This document shows, one piece after another, positions 44,347 through 56,592 of a stretch of DNA of 64,000 bases (position 1 is its first letter; each line of letters begins with the position of its first letter). Under the pieces are notes generated by a model. The model had not been told where the DNA came from. It saw nothing but the letters and a program-made list of their open reading frames with translations, and made no database searches. Origin of the DNA: Phaeosaccion multiseriatum (lineage: Eukaryota; Protista; Ochrophyta, other classes); contig OZ218959.1 in NCBI GenBank assembly GCA_965112735.1, positions 1,736,001 through 1,800,000 on the forward strand. The letters run 5' to 3'. The position numbers and the translations under genes are program-made.

Positions 44347-44624
44347 TTACACGCACGCACGCAGGCACGCACGCACGCACGCACTTACATGTATGCGCGA
44401 GATGGGTTGCACTGCTCATGGTGGCTTGAGTAGAATCATTCGATAAAATTCCAAATGGCTGCAACCACCGAGGTACAGCACCCGTGCTGCTCGGCCAATC
44501 GCTGCCGATTGCTCCTCTCTCTACATGCAGTGTAGTCTAAATTCACGGCTCGAAGTAACCACCATTCCCTTGTCGGCAACCGCGCTGAGCAGCCGTTGGT
44601 GGTACAGTACACCAGTTGCTCAGC

Positions 44625-44862
44625 TCACTTGTGCATGAACGACGGCGGTTTCGGGGGGAAGCTCGGGCGTGTACCGATGGTGTGAGTCGAGTTTGAAGGA
44701 GCTCCGTACTGCTGCTGTTGTTGCTGCTGTTGTTGCTGCTGTTGTTGCTGCTGTTGCTGTTGTGCCCAGGAGGGCGCTTGCTGGTTGTGGTGTTGGTAGT
44801 GGTGGTGTTGGTGCTGCTGGTGGCCTTGATGCTGGTACGGAGGTTGCTGATGCTGTTGCTGC

Positions 44863-44922
<60 letters not shown>

Positions 44923-46544
44923 ATCGCCATCTGCTGCTGCTGTATTGCCAACTGCTGCTGGTAAGGTATCAGGATGTGGGGGGGGGGCTGCTGGTATGGG
45001 CCGGTGTACGCTGCATACGGTTGGGCATGGCCCGAGACAAAGGGTGGAGGTGGAGGTGGGGGAGACATGGAGTGGTGGAGAAACGGAGGCGGCGGGCCTT
45101 CCCCTGCTCCTCGGCCCCCAACGATGTGGTATCGCGGCTGCTGCTGCTGCTGCTGCTGTTGGTGTTGTGGGAAGGACGGGGGGAAGACCGGGAGCTGAGG
45201 GGGGCCAAAGCCAGGCCCTCCACCCCCCCCCCCTCTTCCTCTGCCGCTGCCACCCTCCTGCTGGCCAAACTCACCTCCTCTGCCCCTTCCCCCTCTACCC
45301 CTCCCCCCTCCTCTACCCCCTCCCCTCCCGACTCCTCCTCTACTCCCCCCACCCCTGGCGTTGGCTCCTCCCCGCCCGCTGCCGCCACCCGCCCCCCTAC
45401 CTCCTCTCCCTCCTCCAAATGTCGCTGCTCCTGCATCTCCCTCTCCCATGGTCGCCACGCCTGCCTCCTCTCCTCCCCCTCCTCCCCCACCTCCTGCTCC
45501 TCCTGCTCCTCCTTCTCCTGCTGCTGCTTGGCCTTTACCCTTCCTGCCCTTAGCCCGCTTGCCCCTCGTCTTGGCGCTTCTCTCCTGCTCGTCGTCTGAG
45601 AAGTCTCTCTCCTCCTCGCCCACCTCTTCCTCGTCCTTGTTGGATGCGTCGCACCCTTTCGACACCAAGCTCGATGGCACTAAATGCCTCGAGTACTCTT
45701 CCACATAGTACACTTTGGTCTCTGACTTCACCCCGGCGGGCAGGCCCTGTCCTTTGCTTAGTTTGATGGAGTAGAAAGGCTCCGTCACTGGCCCAAACAC
45801 CTCATAAATGTTACCAAGAGGCACGTGCCTAGCCCTCCCTCCGGCGGCTGCTGCTGCTGCTGTATCACCAACTGCTGCTGCTGCTAGTGGCACTATTGGT
45901 GCTTGGGAGGCACTCTCGTCTGCAGCAGCGTCGGAACCATCCTGTTGCAATGGTTCCTCAGGTACTGCTGTATCACCAACTGCTGCTGTATCACCAACTG
46001 CTAGTGTTGCTTCTTCTTCTTCTCGCTCCACACAGAGCAAGCTGCCATCCTCCAGCGGCTTCGTGTCTGCCGCAGCCTTGACAATGACCATTCCGTCACT
46101 CTCCATTACTGCCATCACCTGCCCGCAGAGGAGGAAGTGATGTCGAGCATCGATGCGCACGTCGACTTCCTGCGCTCCATTCATTCACACACAAGGGGAG
46201 GGGAGCGGAGGGTAGGGGGGGGGGGCGAGGTCGGGAGAGGAGAGAGAAAGGGTGGGCAAGGGGCGGGGAAGGCGCTCAGAGTGTCAGGGCGGAGGTGGAG
46301 GTGGAGATTGAGGTAGGGGGGGGGGGCAGGGAGGACGTGGAGGAGAGGTATGGGTATACAAGAAGTCCTCATTCTCATCCCTCTTGCATCTACGTCTCCC
46401 ATGTCTGATACCATCCGCCACAGTAGTACATTCTGGGTCCAGCTCCGACACCCAAAATGCCGCCCCCGGAGTGCTCTACCAACACAACAAGGACGGGCAG
46501 CGTAAAGTTTCCCTCCTCATGGGGATTGACAGGACTTCTCTTGC

Positions 46545-46591
<47 letters not shown>

Positions 46592-46944
46592 ATACTGCCG
46601 GTGTGACCCGTCCCATCTAGAGTCATACGCCACACTACCTACGTACCTTTACGGGGGCCTCAAATTCGTTCCTGGTTCGCGGGCCTTCGGCTCCGTACAC
46701 GTCCCCATCAACACCCTCCTCGTCCAAGCTCAGAAGGAAGTCCTTCGCGGCGGCATGCTCCTTGGCAAGTTTCGCCTTGCGGGCGTCGCCGTCGTCGTCA
46801 TTGTCACCATCTTCACTGCTGCTACTATCGCTGCTGCTGTTGTTGTCGGTCCCTGCCGTCGCGCGGGCCGCAGCTTGAGCACAATCTGCCGCCCTTTCCT
46901 CCGCCCCCGTCCCCGCACGACCATCAGCACGTATGTCCATGTCG

Positions 46945-47028
<84 letters not shown>

Positions 47029-47408
47029 CCACCACCATCATCGCCGCCTCCTCGGTTGGCTTGTGCTGGTCCATCGTCGCTGAGCTCCGGTAGGACGCCC
47101 AAGGAGATTGCGGCCGCGACTACATCATCAACCGGGCGGCCCTCTCTGTCATCGTACCATGCAGCATCTTCTCTATCCTCTGCTGCTGCTGCAGCTTCAA
47201 CATCCTCCGGACCTTCCTCGGGTTTCCTCTTTCTGGACGTTTGCTCCTCCTCCTCCTGCTGCTGCTGATCATGATCTGCCTGAGTGGGCTGCTCCACCAC
47301 AGCACCTCTGCCGCCTTCCTCCTTCTCTTCCTCCCCACGCTGCTGCTGCTGCTGCTGCTGCTGCTTTGCTTCCCCCTGCGGCTGATCTTCCGCTTTGTTG
47401 GAAGACAT
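44625..47408 (-). CDS. NAF1: H/ACA RNP assembly factor NAF1 (Gar1/Naf1 domain), 2 exons: 47408-46647 and 46169-44625
   Basis: Acidic N-terminus, PRTRNE, core domain with LEDGSLLC..LGNIYEVFGPVTEPFYSI..VYYV, the NAF1 signature KGCDASNKDEEEV..RDFSDDEQE, and an RGG plus P/Q-rich tail. Confidence 0.9.
46359..46543 (-). ncRNA. Candidate multibranch structured RNA in the NAF1 intron
   Basis: Closing stem at 46361-46369/46531-46539 plus two internal hairpins whose mismatches become G-U pairs only on the transcribed strand. Confidence 0.3.
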
Positions 47409-47674
47409 GGTTGCCTCCCTGGGAGGTGGGGAGCAGAGGCTCTTTGAATCTTTGAGAAGAGATGGATGCTTGCTTGGCCGCGAGAAGCGAGGAGAAGATG
47501 GATTCTCCGTATGTCAGTGGGGGATCCGACGGCGGGCTTCCTCTTTTGGACCTCCTTATCTGATCATTCTCTCCCAAGTCCACCCACCCCTCCATTATAT
47601 TGCCCCAGTCAGACGGCTCTCTGTGCCGCTGCTCTTACCGCGCCTCTCTCTTTCTGCCTTACTCAACCGGTACC

Positions 47675-49135
47675 ATGCAAAGGACCTTCAGCACTGAGGT
47701 AAAGTTCCCCCCGCCACCTCTACCCGAATGACACTCTCACTCGCTCTGTCCATGCATGTTCCCCTCCTACTCTCACGCTGTTACTTTGCTCCTTGTGGAA
47801 GGCCACCCGTCTGCGGGAAGCCATCATAAGTGGACGGAGCGTCAAAGAGGTGAAAGCGGCGGTGAGAGCCCTAGTCGCTGAAAACGGAGGGAGGAAGGCA
47901 TGCTTGGACGAGCCCTACGATGAGAATGGATGGCTTGCCCTGACCGGAGCTATAATTGAAAGGAGGGGTGACATCACAGCTCTTCTGCTGCAAGAGGGGG
48001 CGTCGCCGAATGTAGCAAATCGTGTGGTCAGCTTGACTGCGTTAATGATGGCATGTAAGGAAAAGGATTCTGCTGCTATTGTACCACAGCTTCTCTCTGC
48101 TGGTGTGGACGTCCATGCTGTAGCGAGAGATGGAAGTACAGCCCTCCATATAGCCTCACTTAAAGGACATGAAAGGGCGGTCCAGCAGCTGCTCTCAGCC
48201 GGCGCGGAGGTCGATATAAGACAAATTCCGAAGGCGTTACGGCCTTGATCGTAGCTTCCGAGGAAGGGCATAATGCGGTGGTGCGGCAGCTGGTGTCGGC
48301 CGGCGCTGATCCCAACCACTTGGATGGCAGAAATGGCAACACCGCCCTGTACATTGCCGCACAAGACGGACACCACAGGGTTACGCAGCTGCTCCTCACC
48401 GCAGGGGCAGATGCGAATTTAGGAGGCCCCAACGGATGGTTTCCGCTCAATGGTGCAAGCGAACATGGACACGGCATTGTGGTGGATCAGCTCATCGCAG
48501 CTGGCGTGGGACTCGAAAGCCGTACTGGTCGGCAGGGGGGGAGAAGTGCGTTGATGGGGGCGTCTAGGCAAGGGCACAGAAGTATTGTGCGAAAGCTGCT
48601 GCGGGCTGGGGCAGAGGTGAATGCAATGAGTACTGGCGACGGGTTGAGCGCGATACACTTCGCATCTCTGCGTGGCCATGCTCGCATCGTGGAGGAGCTC
48701 ATCTCAGGAGGGGGCGATGTGGAAATGCTGGAAGGCAAGGGGTACACAGCTTTGTTGCTGGCTGTTGGGGAGGGCCATGGGGTAGTGATCCGTGTGCTCC
48801 TGTCTGCAGGGGCTGACCCTGATAATGAGGGCCATACCGATACCCGTAGAACGCCCTTGTTTTGGTCGGCATACAATGGCCACAGCGGGGTGGCGCTGGA
48901 GCTGCTGTCAGGAGGGGCCTCACTCTCAAAGGCCCTGGCTCAGGCACGAGAGGATGGGGTAGAGGCATCTGTTGAATTCCTTTTGGCCGTGGACAGACAG
49001 CACTTTGCATCACAGAGTGCATTGGACCTGATGCGGGGAACTGACCGTCTCTTTGGCAAGGAAGGGAGGCTGAAGGTGTCGCAGAGAGAGGTTAGCCCTG
49101 AGGTGCTGCAGGAGGTGGCGGAGGAGATGGCATGA
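47675..49135 (+). pseudogene. Ankyrin-repeat protein gene (~9-10 repeats) with a 1-nt frameshift at ~48215-48225 (pseudogene or assembly error)
   Basis: Exon 47675-47698 (MQRTFSTE), intron 47699-47801, then ankyrin repeats (GSTALHIASLKGH, GNTALYIAAQDGH and others). The consensus continues as KTNSEGVTALIVASEEGH only in the -1 frame. Confidence 0.7.
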
Positions 49136-49755
49136 TGAAAGGGGCGTCTCTCGCGTGCGGTGGGAAGGACGACGGGTGTTGCCCTCAGGGTGAGGACGAA
49201 AAGGAAAGGGGCTCTTGTCATGGGAATTGTGTGAGTTTCAGTGAGAGGGCGTTGAGGGAGAGGGCGTGCCCATGCGGAATGGTGCGTCAGCTTGAGGGGG
49301 CAGTGGGGTAGGCAGGAGGATCAAGGGGAGAGCAACTCCCCCCTCCACCTCAGGGTGTCCAAAAAGGAGGTTTCGTGGTGGAAGTGGCGGCGTGACCTTG
49401 CTTTTCCATGAGCACCAATGAAAGAGTTACTCAAATAGAGGCGAAGGAGACACCCTCCCCCCTTTCTTCTGTGGTTCCGTTGCTTGGGATAGGAGCTTTG
49501 TGGGGAGAGTTGGAGGTGAAACGTGAAGGATTTTTGGGTCTTCTCGAAGTTGAGGACAAAGAGGAGAAGAGAGCGACCACGGGAGGGACATGAAACCCAA
49601 GTAAAACAAGATGTGGGGTGGGGTACCATGTAGTTTAAAAGAAAAAGCGTTCGCCCATCCCATGAATAAAGTCCCTCCTTGATTGGGGGTGGGTGCGCAT
49701 CTTCCGGGCACTCGAATTAACTTGCAAGTGTGCGCTGCACCACTCAGTCCAGTCC

Positions 49756-49787
<32 letters not shown>

Positions 49788-49836
49788 CAGCAGCAGCAGC
49801 AGGAAGCAGCAACAGTTGGTGATCCGGCAAGGCCCG

Positions 49837-52682
49837 TCACCGCAGCGCCGTGTTGCCCCACGCCCTTAGCCCTTCAACGGCCTTCCTCCCCGGCGGCGGC
49901 TCGAAGGAGTTCCCTCTCTTTTGATACTCCGTGATGAGGCTCTGCAAGAGGGTGCGGGAGGGGCCCTCGGGCAGCATGGGCATGACCTTGTCGATCAGAA
50001 GGGACATGAGCTTGGAGAACTGCCGACCGTAGGCCACCTTAGGTGTGGGGGGGGGGCGGGGAGGACGGGGAGGGCAGGGCAGGAGAGAAAGAGGGCAGTT
50101 TCAGCATTGAGGTGTACTTCATGTTTACTCCGTGTTCCTAAATTAGATACGGTATGAGGACGGAGTTCAAGCAGTCGCCGCACCACCCCGACCCACGCCC
50201 ACCCACCCGCCAACCCGCCCACCCACCCACCCACCCACCAACCCACACCCAACACACACGCATAGACATAGACATACCCCCCCACTCACCCACCCACATC
50301 CACACCCACACACGCACACACCTGAAGGGCGTATCCTGCGGCCTTGAGAAAGCCCACCAGCATGGCGGGGACAGCGGGCAGCGTTTGAGCGGTCTTTCCC
50401 TCGTAGGCGTGCAGCTGATTCAGCGCTCGAGACAACCACATCCAGCCGTCCCTAGGCGTTGGGGAGGGGGGGGAGGGGGGGTGGTGTAACGTGAGAATTG
50501 CGTCGGGAGAAGGGTGTGATACTTGCTACTAGTGATACAGAGAGGAAGGGTTGGGCGGTGAGGGCAAGAAACAAAGAGAGGTAGGATGACGGAGGGAGGA
50601 AGAGACGGAGAGCGGGAGAGAAAGACAGAGAGAGAGACGGGGAGAGGAGGGAGTGAGGGAGTCGGAGGACACATAGACAGACGGAGAGAGGGGGGAGTGA
50701 GGGAGTCGGAGGACACATAGACAGACGGAGAGAGGGGGGAGTGAGGGAGTCGGAGGACACATAGACAGACGGAGAGAGGGGGGAGTGAGGGAGTCGGAGG
50801 ACACATAGACAGACGGAGAGAGGGGGGAGAGATACGTGATGGACAGAAAGAGGCAGACTGAGACGCAGACTGAGACACAGACTGAGACACAGACTGAGAC
50901 ACAGACTGAGACACAGACTGAGACACAGACTGAGACACAGACTGAGACACAGACTGAGACACAGACTGAGACACAGACTGAGACACAGACTGAGACACAG
51001 ACTGAGACACAGACTGAGACACAGACTGAGACACAGACTGAGACACAGACTGAGACACAGACTGAGACACAGAGAGAGAAACGCAACACTCAAACTCAAA
51101 ACCACACACGCACTTGAGAGAAAAGACGTCCATGGAGGCATCCAACTGCGGCGAAACCGGCGTCACCATGAGCGCTCCCATGAGCACACTCAGGCCGGTC
51201 ATTCGCTTCACGAAGGCGGGCAGCCCCTCCACCCCTTCCCCTCCCCCTGTTCCTCCCCTCATGCCCATCGCCACAAGGGTCTCTGCGTCGCTGAGGCCGC
51301 TGCAGTCCACGCGCATTCTCGGCACTGCATAGGGGCAAGCCTTGTACAAGACGCCCTTGAGGAGTCTCCCTAGCGCTGCCTCGCGTGCACACATGTCCAC
51401 GCACACACACGCGAGGGGCCATACGTCGGCGTAGTCGGAGGCGTCGAATTGGTCCTTCTGAGCACGACTCACAACCTGAGGTTATTTAGGTAGAGGTAGG
51501 TAGGTAGGTAGGTAGGTAGGTAGATAGATAGGGAGGAAGAGAGGGAGGTGGGTGGAAGGGTGGGTAGAGGGAGGTAGGGAGGGAGGAGCAGGGTGGTAGG
51601 TAGACAGGTAGGTAGGTGGGCAGGTAGGTAGGGAGGTGGGTGGGGGGGTATAATCGGGGAGTGCGCGGCAGGATCAGCCGCAGTGCAGGGGCAGTTGGTG
51701 ACACAGCTGCAGGAGAAACCGCAACAGCAGCAGCAGCAGCAGCAGCAGCAAGCGACAGGGCTCATTCGATATATCTGTGGCAGCTCAAGGGCAGTGCAGT
51801 GGGGAAAAGAGCTAAAAGCACCCACATCATCACAACACCGCTCCTCACCTGCATCACCACATTCATGTACAAAAACGGTTCGGCCTTGCTGCCCCACTCG
51901 GGCATTGTCTCTGCCCTCTCGAGCTGCTGCCCTCCGTTGGCGAAGATGATCTGCACGGACTGCTTGACCTTATCCTCCGAGGCGGAGAGGGTGCTAAAGG
52001 CCTTGTTGTAAACCTTTGGGGGAGGGAGGGTGAATACATGCGTCACAGTCAGTACAAGCCACAAAGGCGAGAGGGTCGTGGACGAGGGGAAGGAGGAGGA
52101 GGAGGAGGAGGAGGAGGAGGAGGAGGAGGAGGAGGAGGAGGAGGGATGCCATCGGGGTTGCCGCACAAGCGGGTGGAAGAGAAGAGAGGGAGGTGAGCAA
52201 AGGGGGGAGAGGGAGAGAGAGGGAGAGAGAGGAAGGTCGAGAGAGGTAGAGGGCGGGGCAGAGAGGGTTACAGACAAACGAGAGAACTACGAGCGATGTA
52301 GCAAAGGAAAGCCATCATATCCCACACATCCACGCACCCACGGACACCTCTTCGTCCTCACCTTTCTGAACTCGAGGCGCTGTCCCTTGAGGTTGGGCAC
52401 TGTTCTGTAGCTCGCCTCGATCTCGTCCACGATGGCCTTTGCTCGATCGGCCTCCTCGATCAACTCCAAGGCCTGAGGGGAGGAGGAGGAGGGAAATATC
52501 AGAGGGTAAGTCCCGACACTCCGCTACAACAAAAGTGCTTTCCTTCTTCTTTCCTTGGAGGGGCAATAATAATCTCGTGCGTCTTGACAAGAAGAGTCCT
52601 TCTGACGTGAGGAGAGGAGAAGGAACCAAACAAAACCGAAAAGCACAAAAGCTGACTAGTCTTCATCGAGTGCTCCATACCA

Positions 52683-52762
<80 letters not shown>

Positions 52763-53596
52763 ATACTACCAGCTCACCTCGTTCTGGAATGCCGTCTTCT
52801 CGCCAGCTGCCCGTTCAGCCTGTTCACTCTCCCGCCGCGCCCTCTCCTCCTCTGCTCTTCTCCTCTCCTCTTCCTCCCGCGCGCTCTGCTCTCTCTGCGA
52901 CGATAGAATAGCGGCAGCGACGGCCTCTCTCTGGCTCGCTTCTTGCTGCTCCGCCCTTTCTCGCTCGGCCTTCCTTTGGGCGTCGAGCACCGCTGACTCT
53001 GCCGCCTCTAATTGGCTCTGTGCCCACATACAGACCTTCTGATCGGCCAGGAGCACGCCCATGGATGATTGGAGACACTCTTTCACCACCTTGAATTGTT
53101 TCTGTACAGGGAAAGCAGCAGCAGAGGCAGTAGGGGCGAGACAATAATTTGACAGTTGCCAGTGTGATGTCATATCTCCATCGGCAGACCCGGCAGGGAC
53201 GGACGGAGGGAGGGAAGGAGGGAGAAGAAGAAAGAAACGACCCGTGCGAAGGCCATAGGGGAAGAGAAGGCACAACATAAAACCGGATGGCACGCCACCT
53301 ACTGAGTCCCTCCCTCCCGCCCTCCCTACCCCCCCTCCCTCTCTGACCTGATCAGCCGCCGTCTTGACTTCCGCCAGAAAGTTGAAGTATTCTGCCACCC
53401 TTCTCCGACAGCGCTGCAAACTGTCCGCGGCCCCGAATCGCTCCATAATGGGGTGCCTGCTGCTCACCAAAAGACGGGCCCCCAGCAGGTCCACACGAGG
53501 TGAGCGGCTGGAGGAGGGCGAGAGAGCGGCGTCGATGGCCCTTATGTGCTCCTCTTTGGACTCCTCCCCTATGGTTGTTGTAAGACACACGCGTAA

Positions 53597-53657
<61 letters not shown>

Positions 53658-54007
53658 ACGCAGCACGGATGCGCACACAGGCACACATGCACACACACGG
53701 CCAAACGGGTAAGGTAAGAAGGTGTATGGTCTAATCGTCTAATCCAACCGAAATGTGGGCTGAGCAAAGGAAGCAACGACGGCCGTGGTGAGTTCGCACA
53801 GACCTCACTCACTCATAATACACAAATCATGGACAGGGTATGATGGTATGACCAGCCTTTCGAGGTCGATGAATTACGTAAGACAGTATTTACAGAGAGG
53901 CCGGAGTGGCTCACCTTTGGAGAGCTCGAGAGTCACTTTGGTACACACGCCGTGCACAAGACTTGCCCTGAGAGAGGCAAGAGGAGGGGCGGATGGATCG
54001 ATGCATT

Positions 54008-54062
<55 letters not shown>

Positions 54063-55481
54063 AAGAAAGAAAGAAAGAAAGAGCGCCAGGAGGGAGGAGA
54101 GATCGGATCGGGCGGCAGAGGAGGCGGGTGAAGACTGGCAGCAGGTCGCAGTAGTATCGCAAGATCGAGAGGGGTGCGACGAAAGACTTCCGCCCACCCG
54201 CGTGACTCGCACCGCAGAGCCAGTTTCAGTTTCGCTGCCCATCCTTCTCGAGAAGCCAAAACCGATAGGATTCTCACTTCTCCCTCCCCCCCCCCCCCTC
54301 CCCTCCCTCTCACCTCCGCTCGCTCATGGCGATGAGTTCCCGTTCTTCGCGTCGCATCTTATCCCGAAGAGATCTTCCCACTGCACATCCCCCTTCCCCT
54401 CCCTGCCCCTCCTCCTGCTGCTGTTGCTGCTGCCGCCTCCTCTCCCGCTCCTCCTCCTCCCGCTCCTCCACGTACCCCATCGAACCTTGCTCCGAGTTGC
54501 TAATGTCCATGCTGCGCACGCTGCCTCGGCTCTGAGTACTCGCTGCTGCAGCAGCCACAGCCTCGGGATGGAGCACCGCCTCGCTAAACACGCTCAGCCG
54601 CCGCCGTTGCTCGAACGCAAGCAACATTCGGTGGCCCCTATATACACTCGTCGTGAGCCCTTCATCGCCATCGCTGCCCCCACTGCCATCAAAGTCAGAG
54701 TCCCCCTCCTCCTCCCCCTCCTCTTCGCTGCTGTACGCGCCATGGAAACTCGCGGGAAGCGTTTTGCTAAAGTCCATCTCCCCCCCACCACCCCCCCCTC
54801 CTCGTTCTTCCCTCTCTCTGCGGTTCCGGCTTCTGTTCCGCGACGTCTCTTCTCCACGTGGACCCTGCATAGACGACCTGCGCCCTCCTCCGCCATATCT
54901 TGTTGCCTCTTTGTTGTACCCGCCCTTCTGCTGCCGCAGCTGCTGCTGCTGCTGCTCTAGTCTCCACTCGTGACTGCCGTTTCCCCGGGCGGCATCATTC
55001 TCATCGTTTTCATCGTCGTCACTGTCATCATCTCCGTCGCTTAAGATCAATCGTGAGGACCGAAAGGGCCCCTTTGATCGGGCATTTCCGTCCCCAGGTG
55101 AGCTGCCGTCGCCGCCAAACCGGTTGTGCCTCTTGCTATCCATCCAAGCGGTTCTGTCCACTGGAGTCGCATTATAGTCTTCATCTTCACATTCATGGTG
55201 TCCCCTTTGCAAGCCGTCTGCAAAAGAGAGAGGAGGAAGAGAGGGTGAGTAAGTGAAGGACTGAAAATGTGCAGCAGTGCATTGAAATCATAAGAGCGGT
55301 GTTGTGTGTGGCGCGACTTCTGCTGCTGAAGCTGTGTGCGGCTGAAGCAGTGTGGCATCGGAGCAGGCCTATCCAATTCCTCTAGTCGCCCCCCCCCCTG
55401 CCTTTCAATGTCTAACCTGGTGGTGGATCTTCAGCAGAGGCAGTAGGGGAGATACCCAGCCCGACTACCCCCCGTAGCCAT
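49837..55481 (-). CDS. GLE1: mRNA export factor GLE1, multi-exon; start exon uncertain (55481 tentative)
   Basis: Disordered N-terminus and E/R coiled coil, then a GLE1 domain: VLYKACPYAVP, FVKRMTG, GWLWLSRALN, FLKAAGYALQ|VAYGRQFSKLMSLL. Confidence 0.85.
50640..51072. repeat. 45-bp minisatellite (~4 copies) followed by a 12-bp (ACAGACTGAGAC)n array in a GLE1 intron
   Basis: ggagtgagggagtcggaggacacatagacagacggagagaggggg repeated, then about 18 dodecamers. Confidence 0.9.
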
Positions 55482-55747
55482 GTCCACATAGCTGTAGACT
55501 TTTTTCTCTCTTGTACAATGGTATCTCCATTCAACGGGATTTTTTTTTTTTATTTCAGCAGCAGCGACAGCTGTGACTCTTCCCGCTCTTGCTACAGCTC
55601 GTAGCTCTCCTCTCAAAGAGTCTACCGCTGTTTCCTGGCTTCAAAGGCCAGGCAACTGAGGGAGGGGGAGAGGGAGGGGGAGAAAATGCAGAGAGCCGAA
55701 ATGCATGCGACAGGGCCATTGACATACTTCTTTTTCGCGATCGACAA

Positions 55748-56186
55748 TCGGCCCCATGCACGCCTAGCGGCCTAGGCCTATTTGGGAAAATTGCCCGGCC
55801 TAGCGAGGGCCGTAGGCCCTCGGCCTATTTATATGCGGCCGCCTAGGCGGCCTAGGCGGGCCGGAGGCCCGCGCGGCCTAGGGCAGACGCCAGCCAACTA
55901 GACGGACCGTGGGAGTGCCCAGAGTCGGCCAGAGTGCAAAGAGCAGTCAGTTTCATTGCATGGGATTGGAAGTGAGGAGTAGACTTGGTTCGTGTTGTCT
56001 CTTCCGCCTCGCTGGCCCTACGAGGAGTGCAGGCCTACAGGTGTGCTGCTACCCACTGGCTGGGCGGCACCACGCACGCGCCCACGGTCACTGGGAGGCT
56101 GCCTAGAGGCGGGCTAGCTATATAGGCCGCCTATGACTGAAAAGTGAGCGGCCTAGAGCAAAACCGCTAGGCGTGCATGGGGCCGA
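55748..56186. mobile_element. Non-autonomous DNA transposon (MITE), 439 bp, perfect 23-bp TIRs, 6-bp TSD CGACAA
   Basis: Left TIR tcggccccatgcacgcctagcgg (55748-55770) is the exact reverse complement of ccgctaggcgtgcatggggccga (56164-56186). cgacaa flanks both ends (55742-55747 and 56187-56192). The interior is rich in CCTAG/GGCC motifs and has no credible ORF. Confidence 0.88.
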
Positions 56187-56288
56187 CGACAACACTGTTT
56201 CAACGCGCACAGCATGACTTAACTTACGATTATTCGCTCTTTCTCAACTCGTCCTCGCTCTACAAATCTACAAAGCACCTCTGCTGCA

Positions 56289-56372
56289 TCAGCCAGTCAA
56301 CGACTAGGCACTGTGTGCTCAGCTCAGCCAGTCAACGACTAGGCACTGTGTGCTCAGCTCAGCCAGCAGTCA
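56289..56372. repeat. 35-bp tandem duplication (2 copies plus a partial)
   Basis: tcagccagtcaacgactaggcactgtgtgctcagc occurs twice back to back. Confidence 0.85.
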
Positions 56373-56592
56373 ACGCTGACGTCCAGGGGGGCGGGCACCA
56401 TCCTCTCCAAATCACCTCCGTCCCTCCGTCCCTCACTTACTCTGCCCCCATTTTCCTTCTCTCCCCCTTTATCCCGACCTCCCTCCCTTTCGCCCTTTCC
56501 CTCCCAGACCCTGCCTTTTCTATGTATAAAAATGTACTTCAATTGAAAAAAATCCCTCTTGCTGTCCTGTTAAGTGATTGCCCCGCTTTGCT

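Noticed and set aside
48215-48245. Programmed -1 ribosomal frameshift in the ankyrin gene
   Set aside because: No canonical slippery heptamer or clear downstream structure; an indel is simpler.
55909-56106. ORF inside the MITE as a transposase remnant
   Set aside because: 65 aa, non-ATG start, and no DDE or DNA-binding motif.
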